Under the pieces are notes generated by a model. The model saw only the letters and a program-made list of their open reading frames with translations. It was not told the origin of the DNA and ran no database searches. DNA of 64,000 nt from Phoronis australis (lineage: Eukaryota; Animalia; Phoronida), in assembly GCA_002633005.1 (NCBI GenBank), contig NMRA01000119.1:646228-710227 (forward strand), in the 5' to 3' direction. Positions 13,401-29,304 of the stretch are shown one piece after another. Position numbers and translations under genes: made by a program. How positions within the stretch are numbered: the stretch's first letter is position 1; each line of letters begins with the position of its first letter.

Positions 13401-16400
13401 TCTAAGTCAAAAACTGGCAAACTCCGGAAATGTCCACCAGACGTAAACTCGATAAATCTAAGCGCAAACTCCCTTCATTTGTTCACAGTGTTCAAACCTC
13501 TGGAACTCGAACAACTGAAAATCTCATTGTCAAAAAAGTTCCACGAAGCATTGTATGCCTAGGCCAAATGACATGTTGATGCGCAAGAATGATACAAGGC
13601 AAATTTCAAAAGCAAAAATCTGTTTAATGTTGGTCACATAATAAAGTCTCGAAATACTCCGGAATTTCATGTATTGGATGATTCGAGTTCGGTCCCTTGG
13701 CAGTAAAACGTGCTACACATGGAAAAAATGTCATGTGACCTCGATGTTTGCTTGCTTGGCACTGTATATGAGTCACAAATGGAAAAATAGGTCAGCCACA
13801 AAAAAATGTCATGTGTAGGACATTGTTACTATGGCTTTGCATGTGAAAAAGGCTGGGAGTTGGATCTTAGATGTGGGAGAAATTAATGGTTCTTTTGAAG
13901 AACAAATCTGCAGCATAGCATGGGAGGTTATGGTATACTTTAAATCTCATTTGTCAATTTCTACCACTTAGCCACTGTTAAATGTTCAAGGCACTGCAGG
14001 AGAGGCCAACAAGATGATGTCCCCAGCAACCACTGGCACTGGTGAAGACTGTAATGAGTAACTGCTTGAAAAAAACGAGTGGAAAATACGAACTCAAAAT
14101 CAGATCATCCATACCTGCAGCAGGGCTTGGAATGACCAATGACAAAAAACGCGGAAACTTTGAAACTTTTACGGCCCAAATCATGCCCAATAACCAGCCT
14201 TGAAATGGTCAATGTGAACCTTTCCCCGACAAAAATCGGGAGGACTAAAAAAAAAAAAAAAAAAACATTACCACCATCAGTAGCATGCGTCTGCGTTCTT
14301 TTAGCTCGCCCGTCCACTCCCGACTCACACATTTTTGGCTGCAGAGCGGTAGTATTTGTCGCCGCGCTTAACAATAACATGAGACGCCATTGAAAATCCC
14401 ACCACGCTGTCCCAGATGCCCCGGCAATGTTGACAATTTACGTTCCTCCGAAACATAAAGAGCAACTTAAGCTTTTCGAGGTGAACGTCGTCTGCAACGC
14501 CGCGGTAAGAAAGGAATTTGCTGCGGAAATTTTATATCAAATCCGATTTTTTTATAAAAAAAGCGGAAAGCACATTTGAAAAAAGCGGAAATCCGCGTTT
14601 CCGCGGAAAATTCCAAGCCCTGCTGCAGTGACCTCTTTTTGTGTCATCACTTCTTGCAAATATGACATCGCTTGTATTTTTGAATGGACAATTTCGCCTG
14701 TATCGAGCACCGATTTTGTAAACATTACCATCAACAATTCTCTCACCTTTTCACAGCCAAATAGGATGAGGTCCGAGTCCTCTGTAATAATGAGCTGAGC
14801 TATGCCCACCTTGGACAGGTAAGCCAGCTGGGCGTCGGCTTCATACGGCGCCACAATACAGTCCACGCCTAGTTTCCTGGCTTCCTAAAACACACACACG
14901 AAAAGCTGAGTCAGTCATCAGTAATGGCTGGCATTTCATGGACCTCTCACCCACACTCCACAATGTAAGTGCCCTGTAAGCCACAGTAAGAGAGATGTGG
15001 GCGTCTACAACTGACATATTGAGCATTCTGCAGGTGTAATGTATGTATCAATTTTCACCAATAATTCAATATTCTAGCAGAGCTGTCCCTTCACTTTGAA
15101 CAGAAACCATCCAGGATGAAGAAATATTGAGTGCGGAAAGCTTCAAGCAAAAGCACAAAATGACCATCCTCTGTCATGCGGCTCGAGACAGAAAAATTAA
15201 TTTTATTAGTGTGAAATATCGATTTCAAGTGAACTTAAAACTTCTTGCCAGAAAATAACAACAGTCTGAAAGTAAATGTGTTACCAATAGTTCGTTTGAA
15301 ATAACACGTCTAGCTTCATTTTTCTTTTCAATGATAGGACAATCATTAGTAATGAAGAATACAAACAGCCTCCACTCTATCATTATTTTAGGGTGATGTT
15401 TTTTATACCTTCATGACCTCTAGCGCCATCTCTGGAGTGACATCAATGGCTCGTTCAAGACACTGCCTTGCTTCTGCTTTCTTTCCTTCTCTCAAGAACT
15501 GTGCGGCCTTCTTCCTGTACTGAGATCTCCTCCTAGCGTCAACAAAACATAATATGTGTAGGGAATTCATGCACTTCCACTGAGCAATCATGGATAACCG
15601 AAACAGACTTCTATACAGGGCTTGGAAGGATCAATGACAAAAAAGAGGAAAATCTTCCAAATGATATATCGTTCCACAAATAAATAGGCTTGTGTGACAG
15701 AAATCTTTTTTGTGTTGTAAAATTGAACTGATATACCTTTTTGCATGAATAAAGTCAAAATAATGATAAAAGAAGAAAAAAGAGGAAACTTGAAATTAAA
15801 TTATATGAAATCGAAACTGAAAAACAGGAAAATTCCAAGCCATGCCAATAGTGAGAAGGGGCGTTCACATCACTTTCTACTGTTCCTTGGACAGTAAATA
15901 CTCGCCATGGCAACAGTAACTAACGAGGATTGAGGGATCTCCAAGATAACCAGGGATCTGTAATTTTATTAAATGCAGTAACAAAAACAGTCGCATTCCC
16001 CTTTAAGTGTACTCTATTCCAATTCGAATGAAAACCTACTCTCTTCTGGATTCTTCCACAAGTTTCTTTGAAGGAAGGTGACATCCATCGAACACCAGAA
16101 TGGGCTTGATGCCAAAACTAAGAAGTTGGTTGACAAACTTTATGCAGTAACGCACATACCTGAAAGAAAAGACCATCAGCATTAAACAGTGACAATATCA
16201 AAAATTTTTAAAAATACTACAGAAGTTCAAAAAATTAAAAAGTTTACAATTTTTAGACTTTAGAACCAAAGGTGGTGCTAAACCTAATTTCAAAGAAATC
16301 CATCGAGGAAGAGGAACCCAAAGATACAGCTCAGCCAAACACGAGAAACCAATTTACCACTCGGAGACACAGAAGTACCTATACCCATACATAAGTTGTC

Positions 16401-17729
16401 AAGCAAATAGGAAAATGCCTGCCAAATTTCCAAAAGGCCTTGCAAGGGGTTCATGAGATACAGCAGCAGATAAAACAAAAGCAAAGCAACGTGTTGAAAT
16501 GCGCCATGACTGCACCAAAAATGGTACGCTTCTAGGGGTGTTTATTGGTGTCATAAGAATAGCCACTAGGTGGTGCAAAATATGTCAGATCCATTCGAAA
16601 ATGGAAAGGTAGCGTTATCTAACTAACATAACCTTATTTGCCAAATTTCATGAAACTCCACTGAGGGACTCCAAAGAAACGAGAGATAACATAAAAAGAT
16701 GGAGTCGGAACCATACAACAGAAGTTGCCATTTGATGCTCAGTTTCTAGGAATACATTTGTCAAATTTCACTAAGATCCTACAAGGGGTTTAAGAAATAC
16801 AGCTGTGGATGAAAAAAATGCCACAAGGGGCGCTGGATAAGCAGGACCCACACAAAAATCACCGTTGGCTGTGCAGTTGTCAATAGGAAAAGATCTGCCA
16901 TTTTTTAATGATCCTTTTAGCACTTTGCGGATAAGAAAAGATGTACAAGAGACCTTCCGCTACAAAATTGGTCTCAACATGTTCCTTACTCACATGGGAA
17001 ATGACTTGTGGGTTTGCAAGGAACACGCAATGCGTGATTCTACCGCTAAAAGCCAACTAGTTGAGCGCAGTCTCAAACAAAAACAAATTTCCAGTTCTTT
17101 CAAAACCCTGAAATCACTTCAAATTTGACTGAGGAACAGCCTGCGCTTACTTTAATAGTGATGAGTGACTAAANTAAGAGGTCTAACCAACATTAGTGCT
17201 GGCGCTCGTGACATTTTTGTATTTGCAAACTAAGAGGTTAAATGCCTTCCAAACTGTGACTCTCACATCATTAGGATTTATTGTTACACAGGGTGTGGGA
17301 GATATAAATTATATGGTAAAATCTAAGCAATTTGGGACACAATAAGGCAAACAGAGGAAATCCATTTTTTTATAACTCATACGCAATACCAGAATTATGC
17401 TTTGGCATATCTAAATTCTGTACCATAGCTACCAACAGACAATATTTTGAAACACTGTTGACAACAATGTTAGAACTTAGAAGCCCTTCAAAAATGAAAA
17501 AAGTGACATTTGGCAATTATTTTTGTCTGAAATAAGTGAGATTTTACCGTATTCACACATTGACTTACTGATCGGTTTTGTCATTATTCGCCAATTTTTC
17601 CACACAAGCAAAGGCGCCTTTGTGAAGCCAGCAGTACGTATCTATGGCAACAGTACATCCCGCAAACTGCTTAATATTGACAAGTTTATGGGCCTTCTTC
17701 AAGAACGGAAGCAGCCCACTGACTCCCAT
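1350..17729 (-). CDS. EXO1: Exonuclease 1 (XPG/FEN1 family 5' nuclease), whole spliced CDS, 12 coding exons, 2961 nt, about 986 aa
   Basis: Exons 17729-17569, 16159-16040, 15532-15409, 14884-14747, 13068-12853, 11633-11443, 10814-10718, 9911-9686, 7809-7329, 6492-5540, 5133-5016 and 1485-1350 join in frame with GT-AG ends. Motifs: [76 protein letters not shown]...LTPE...VHRKIF*. Confidence 0.95.
1531..1672 (+). repeat. G-rich minisatellite, about 18-bp unit (GGGAGGGTAGGCAGGGRY-like)
   Basis: About 7-8 degenerate copies of GGTAGGCAGG with G-runs; explains the spurious Pro/Leu-rich ORFs. Confidence 0.9.
2095..4280 (+). mobile_element. Helentron/HINE-like non-autonomous repeat with internal tandem subunits; copy at about 2478-4122 nested in an older relative
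   Basis: Starts AATAAGAGCAACGCGAAGCG, subterminal TGCACCCAC / GTGGGCGCA inverted pair, GACA-like tract and terminal hairpin CCCACATATAAATATGTGGG. Recurrent subunits contain GCCACTAGGGGGC and GCCAAATTTCA. Confidence 0.7.
4896..4983. repeat. 21-bp tandem repeat x4 (AAAACATGGYAAATGGTACTT)
   Basis: Directly visible just past the EXO1 exon 11 donor. Confidence 0.9.
5016..5133 (-). CDS. EXO1: EXO1 coding exon 11
   Basis: [38 protein letters not shown]; CRxxGLSK block and PIP-box-like QxxIxxFF. Confidence 0.82.
5540..6492 (-). CDS. EXO1: EXO1 coding exon 10 (large disordered region)
   Basis: Open 953-nt frame starting (R)FFSNKVSPP, completing KSRFF across the intron; donor AAAG|GTAGTA is in phase with the next exon. 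Confidence 0.82.
6739..6879. repeat. 17-bp tandem repeat x8 (AAAGTTTACATTTTCTG)
   Basis: Copies start at 6739, 6756, 6773, 6790, 6807, 6824, 6841, 6858. Confidence 0.95.
7329..7809 (-). CDS. EXO1: EXO1 coding exon 9
   Basis: [18 protein letters not shown]...PPRNIFA...EVKS; phase 1 to phase 2, donor GTATGT. Confidence 0.85.
9686..9911 (-). CDS. EXO1: EXO1 coding exon 8
   Basis: [12 protein letters not shown]...[10 protein letters not shown]...STVGMEIVV...RKRKHN; SIW and STVG blocks as in vertebrate EXO1. Confidence 0.85.
9952..10483 (+). mobile_element. Same Helentron/HINE-like family, short copies
   Basis: AACAAGAGCAATGCGAAG start, two CCACATAT..TAGGTGCATAA ends, GCCACTAGGGGGCAC at 10312. 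Confidence 0.65.
10718..10814 (-). CDS. EXO1: EXO1 coding exon 7
   Basis: [32 protein letters not shown]; donor GTGAG. Confidence 0.9.
10815..11442 (-). other. U12-type (minor spliceosome) GT-AG intron of EXO1
   Basis: 5' splice site GTATCCTTTT; branch-point-like TTCCTGAC (10835-10828) about 14 nt from the 3' CAG. Confidence 0.85.
10990..11397. mobile_element. MITE with terminal inverted repeats inside the EXO1 U12 intron
   Basis: CGTATTTAGGCCCATACACCTGTAT ... ATACAGGTGCATGGGCCTAAATACG; left end locally duplicated; related end at about 58820. Confidence 0.65.
11443..11633 (-). CDS. EXO1: EXO1 coding exon 6
   Basis: [63 protein letters not shown]; followed by U12-type donor GTATCCTTTT. Confidence 0.92.
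12415..12690 (+). pseudogene. Penelope-like retroelement GIY-YIG endonuclease relic
   Basis: Frameshifted translation [57 protein letters not shown] fits the PLE GIY-YIG pattern. Confidence 0.6.
12853..13068 (-). CDS. EXO1: EXO1 coding exon 5 (H3TH)
   Basis: [11 protein letters not shown]...[38 protein letters not shown]; 216 nt. Confidence 0.94.
14121..14622. mobile_element. hAT-like MITE, 13-bp TIR, 6-bp target-site duplication
   Basis: CAGGGCTTGGAAT...ATTCCAAGCCCTG flanked by CTGCAG on both sides; relatives at 15616-15844 and 60156-60378. Confidence 0.85.
14747..14884 (-). CDS. EXO1: EXO1 coding exon 4 (XPG-I)
   Basis: [46 protein letters not shown]; donor GTGAG. Confidence 0.95.
15409..15532 (-). 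CDS. EXO1: EXO1 coding exon 3
   Basis: [41 protein letters not shown]; 124 nt, phase-consistent. Confidence 0.92.
15616..15844. mobile_element. Older, shorter member of the CAGGGCTTGGAA MITE family
   Basis: CAGGGCTTGGAAGG...AATTCCAAGCCATG ends. Confidence 0.65.
16040..16159 (-). CDS. EXO1: EXO1 coding exon 2
   Basis: [39 protein letters not shown]; CAG acceptor, GTAGG donor, 120 nt. Confidence 0.93.
16270..17000 (+). mobile_element. Same Helentron/HINE-like family, degenerate or nested copy
   Basis: AACAAAAGCAAAGCAACG start near 16473, GCCACTAGGTGGTGCAAAATA at 16562, GCCAAATTTCATGAAA subunits. Confidence 0.6.
17569..17729 (-). CDS. EXO1: EXO1 coding exon 1 (XPG-N)
   Basis: [53 protein letters not shown]; donor GTAAGT. 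An acceptor TAG 5 nt upstream of the ATG implies a separate 5'UTR exon. Confidence 0.93.
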
Positions 17730-18001
17730 AACACCTACAATGTGAAAGAGGAAAGTTTAGGCCTCGACTGGACAGCAACTTTGACATGGCACAAATTGAC
17801 AGAGATCAAGGTACTCTCTGCCAGCTCTGCTGTACTTGAGCCTACTCAGCAACATTTTCACACAAACAAACACTGCCAATATCAAGTACAGCAAGCTTAT
17901 GTGTAAAGTAGATGTGCATGTTTGATGGAGTAAGCAAGAATTATTAGTCTTCATACATGCCATATGTTGATCACATCACATGACCTTTAGTTAACTCTGA
18001 G

Positions 18002-18065
18002 TGGGGTTCGAACGCGGCACTTTCTGCTAACCATGCGGACCCTCTAATCTACTAAGCTATCGGGA
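18002..18065 (-). repeat. tRNA-derived SINE head
   Basis: Minus strand has A-box-like TAGCTTAGTAG and B-box GGTTCGAACC-like GCGTTCGAACCCC; the cloverleaf is degenerate. Confidence 0.5.
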
Positions 18066-19013
18066 CCACCGGTTGACTACAGAAATTCAAACAGACTTAA
18101 TAGAAAGCATCTTACCCAAACTTGGGAGTGTGTGTACAAATAACTCTGTTGTTTAGTTGTTATATTTTCTTCATAACACATTTGGAAAAATTGGCGTTCT
18201 ACCATAATTCTAATGCTAAAGTTGTGGAGCGATCTTTTGTGTCAACTTTCGGTGCATTGCGTCACCTATTGGCCAGTTTCTTTTTTCGCCAATACTTCAA
18301 TCTACCGTTGTTCTTTCACCAGGTTGCGTACACGTCACAACAAATTATTGGAAAAGGTTTCACTTTAGAATTTTTATACCATCAAAGCGAATTTCAGAAC
18401 AAATTTTGCTACTGCAACGCTGTCATCATCATCACCTCCCAAGAGATGTGGTCGCAAAAATTTAGGAAATGGCACATGAGCTTGTCACAAGCATACTGTT
18501 TGCAAAACTATGACATACTTTTCTTTGTTACAAAAGGCGGAGAATTGTGCAAGAAAATTATGTTTATAGGATTGTTTTTCATTAAAATGGGGCCAAGATG
18601 AGTGTTGGTTTACTGCCAGATTCTGCATGCACCCCCGTCAGGCATCGGTCTTTAGCTCTACATGTTGATACAAGCTTCAAAACGAGGTGACAAGAAGAAC
18701 TACCCGGGCTGTGTGCAATTTCGAGGTGTTTCGGAGCTCAACACGCAGTGGTACCAAACTGTATTAGGACGACAGTCTTCATACAGCTGGCTGGTCGGCC
18801 TTGCCGTAGCCTCGGTTCAACTCGTATACTATGACTCTAAAAGACCGAGATAAGCTCTTGTTGTTGGGAAGTGCCTCGGTGACTGTTATAATCTTGGAGT
18901 GCGTGTTTCAAAAATAAGGATATGCGAAAAAAGTTACAAGAACCTACCGATTTTTTTGCTGAAAATGACTTATTTGACTTTTTGAAAGGAAAAAAGCACA
19001 ACTCACACTAAAA

Positions 19014-19040
19014 CTCCCGCCACGCAATGCATTGTGGGAA
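19014..19040 (-). promoter_or_regulatory. ZNF143/Staf-type element next to an E2F/CDE-like site in the EXO1-YIPF4 divergent promoter
   Basis: Minus strand reads TTCCCACAATGCATTGCG (19040-19023) immediately followed by TGGCGGGAG (19022-19014); lies between the two start codons. Confidence 0.6.
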
Positions 19041-19225
19041 AATTCTAAAAGCATTAGTCTTTTCATGTTATTTTGACCAAGAAATCCTAAGATTTTCTAA
19101 TATGACGTTTTCTCCAAAATTTCAATGCATTTTAGGAGAATTTTGTTTATGCAATATCAAGTAAGGAAGGGCTATTAAGATCTTTTCTCAAAAAGGGTTA
19201 GAGAGTATATTGCCAACAAACAAAT

Positions 19226-26204
<6,979 letters not shown>

Positions 26205-27402
26205 CTGTGTGCTGTACAGTTGTTGATTACAGGTACGAGTGTTATTTCATCTGTTATGTAATTCAAATGGGCAATGTTGTCATATCAAATGGTAGCATAT
26301 ATGGTTATATATATGTATCATATGTCATGTGTCTTAAAATATTATCAAGTGGGAATTTTTGTTAAAGAGCGTTTCATATTCCAAAATGTTCACTGTAAAT
26401 TTATAAGTGTTGCCCCAGATGGGTTGCCCATCTGTGAGTGATTGAAACAAGGATGCAGAATTAGAGCAAGAACTTTTTTTCAATTTAGAAAACTAAATGT
26501 GCTCCCAGTGACAAATTCTGCCTCGTGGCCATATCTTATGTTACTTAAAAATTTGAAGTCATTTTTGATGACATTTTTTGATATTGAAACTTGTATTTTA
26601 AGAAGCTTCTCAAGTGTCCCGTGTGAACAGGGTGGTTGGCCACCATGAACACGAACACAATTTCTTACCCACTACAGAGAATTCCTACTAAGTAGTTGTA
26701 TCTTTACTACTTGGGAACAAATTGTTAAATGTTTAGGATGTAACTAAGCCCCAGTCTTTTGTGGGTCTGTACTTGCTGAAAAGGTTCGTCTCTGATTTGA
26801 GTCAGTGCTACAAATGCATGGGTCTACAAAATGTCTCAAGATTTACTATTAACTATGGCGAAAATTACCTACTTGGTTCGCTAACCTTGGAATGTGTCTT
26901 ATGTGCACGTTGCCATAGGTTGCAATCTAATAACTTAAAAATGCTGCTTACAAGAAGCTCAAAGTAACTTTCCGATATTTATTGTATCACAACTTGTACA
27001 CGTAGCATTACAAATGTTCTTATGTGTCAAATGTACATAAATGTAAATTATGTTTTGTTTAAAATCTGGCAAGATGTATTGGTAACAATCTGGTTCACCG
27101 GGCTCCAGCTTACAGAGTTCAGCCTTGTGATCTAGATTTAATCCATTTGTAAATGAGCCTTAAAGAGGGACTGCAATAAAGGTCTAATTTAGTACGTACC
27201 GACTCTGGTTTTCTGAACTCATCAAAGAAAGACGTAAGCTATTTTTTGTTCGCATAATAGCAAAGATATGCTTCTAATGTTGCAGGCAAGATTTCACAAA
27301 CGCTATAAGACTTTTACTCGTCATTGTAAAGAACTATCCAGTCGGGTAATGGACAATATTCTGTAACAGGTCACAAATTTATGTGTGTCTCCAATCGCAA
27401 CA

Positions 27403-29304
27403 TTATGTGTCTACCTCTGGTCTGAACACCCTCGATAACTTCCTAGTGTGCAATTTGGCAGAAACACATGCAAAGTTTCGGATGTCGCAGAGATCAGTTT
27501 CTAGGGTCTCCCACTGTGACTGCACAAAGTCCAACTTGTACACAACGTTGTATCTGTACACTCTGAAAGCAGTGCGGTGATATTCTGTAGTACCACACGC
27601 ATACAGACTCCCATTGATCAAGAAGAGACCAACACTGTACATTCCTTCGGGAAGAGAAGGCCCTTGTCGCCACTGGTTATTTTGTATGTTGTATATTTCA
27701 ACAGAGTTCAGATTTTCCCGATTGACAAAATGTACCTGATGTGCGTGTGAATAGATCTGTCCGCCCGCTACGTAGATTTCGTTTCCGACAACACAAGCAC
27801 CGAAGTTGAAGCGGGGTGTGGGCATGCCCGCCAGAGAAACCCACTCCAAGTTGTGGGGGTCATACTTTAGCACCACGTTGTGAGCACCGACGCCCGTGCG
27901 TCCGCCCAATATGTAGATGTTACTCTCATGCGTGACGGACACCAAATCAACCAGAGTTGTTGGCATCATGCCAGCATAGCTCCATCTGTTGTGCAAAATG
28001 TCATAACATTCCACAATCTCAGTTGGATGCTGGTTGACAGTTAGACCTCCAAAACAATAAATTTTCCCCTCCATGTAGGCCATGGTAAAGTTGGATTTAG
28101 GAAACAACATTGGAGCCTTAGTCATCCATGTGTTGTGGTCGTTGTCATAGAGATAAAGCTCTTTGTGTATGGTTTCTTCACCATCGTATTCATCGAGAGA
28201 ATCTTCATCGGACGTAGCCTCTGCGTAATGTTCATGGAAAATATAATTGCCACCGGCCATGAAGATTTGATTGTCTTCTGTAACAACGCATGCTGGATCT
28301 TCGATGTCGTAATAGCCGACTCTAGTGGAGTCCGACAGGCCAGCGACAAAGTACGCTTCACGTGTCAGTGCATTGTAACAGTTGGTCGACGGACGTTGCT
28401 GGTCAACTCCACCAACCAGTAGAATACAGTGCTCTGGTTTGATCATTCCGGAGCGTAGCACTGTGTTGAATAAGTGCTCACCTTCGTATGTGTCCGGGTT
28501 GGCTTCAAATGATTTCAAATCTCTCAAGATATCTTTGCACAGGTGCGAGTTCAAAAACAGGCAATTGCTGACGACATTTTCATGAAAGTAACGAGGCGGT
28601 AACAACGCGAAACGAATGTGAGGCAACAATTCGGCAATGTGGGATATACGTTTGTTCAAGTCGTATTTTAACCATGACATCATAGCTTCGAACACGACTT
28701 CCTCCTTTTCCACGTTCAGTTCGTTTGATGAAATGAGCTCCGTGACTCGTTCATGATCCAACAACATAAATTCTTCCAGTCCACAAACTTCCGTAAAATG
28801 TTTCTCGATGAACTCCCTGGCGGTCACATGCAGCTGGTCACAGTTGTGAATCTGTGCGAAACAGCTGATGCCAACGCAGTTGTGAATGTCCAGCTGAGTT
28901 TGCATGAACCGCGCACAAGCCTCGTGAATCGATGTGATCTGGAAAAGCGAAGCGGCCGCCAGCAGGTTCTGTGCATTGTTCCGAGTGATCTCTACTCGTC
29001 CAGTGTAGGCGTACTCCACGATGAGTCCCAGTGACTCGGCGTCTAACTCGTAGATGTGAATCTTGTCCTGCTTACTCTCCGTCAGAGAAGTAGTGAACAT
29101 TGCTCTGAAATAGGGACTACTGGCTGCAAGAACGTTCCTGTGACACGATATCTCGCTGTTTTGAGCCGATATCTTGACGTCCGTCAGCTCGCCCAAGTCG
29201 TACATGGCTTTCATCGATTCCAGGAAGGATGTCTTGTAATCTTCATTTTCATATGACATCTGGTCGATGCTTTTCATGTAGTCACAGCCATTAACCTCCA
29301 CCAT
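27403..29304 (-). CDS. BTB-BACK-Kelch protein (KBTBD2/KBTBD8-like putative Cullin-3 adaptor), about 633 aa, single coding exon
   Basis: BTB (CHRNVLAASSPYFRAMF, YAYTG), BACK (NCVGI, FEAMMSWLKYD, LLPHIRF) and Kelch repeats (IYCFGG, IYILGG, IYVAGG). An acceptor TTTTAG precedes 29313; first ATG at 29304. Confidence 0.93.
   Translation of the reverse strand: MVEVNGCDYMKSIDQMSYENEDYKTSFLESMKAMYDLGELTDVKISAQNSEISCHRNVLAASSPYFRAMFTTSLTESKQDKIHIYELDAESLGLIVEYAYTGRVEITRNNAQNLLAAASLFQITSIHEACARFMQTQLDIHNCVGISCFAQIHNCDQLHVTAREFIEKHFTEVCGLEEFMLLDHERVTELISSNELNVEKEEVVFEAMMSWLKYDLNKRISHIAELLPHIRFALLPPRYFHENVVSNCLFLNSHLCKDILRDLKSFEANPDTYEGEHLFNTVLRSGMIKPEHCILLVGGVDQQRPSTNCYNALTREAYFVAGLSDSTRVGYYDIEDPACVVTEDNQIFMAGGNYIFHEHYAEATSDEDSLDEYDGEETIHKELYLYDNDHNTWMTKAPMLFPKSNFTMAYMEGKIYCFGGLTVNQHPTEIVECYDILHNRWSYAGMMPTTLVDLVSVTHESNIYILGGRTGVGAHNVVLKYDPHNLEWVSLAGMPTPRFNFGACVVGNEIYVAGGQIYSHAHQVHFVNRENLNSVEIYNIQNNQWRQGPSLPEGMYSVGLFLINGSLYACGTTEYHRTAFRVYRYNVVYKLDFVQSQWETLETDLCDIRNFACVSAKLHTRKLSRVFRPEVDT

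Noticed and set aside
18122-18601. 159-aa plus-strand ORF between EXO1 and YIPF4
   Set aside because: Non-ATG start, no recognisable motifs, and probably lies in the EXO1 5'UTR intron.
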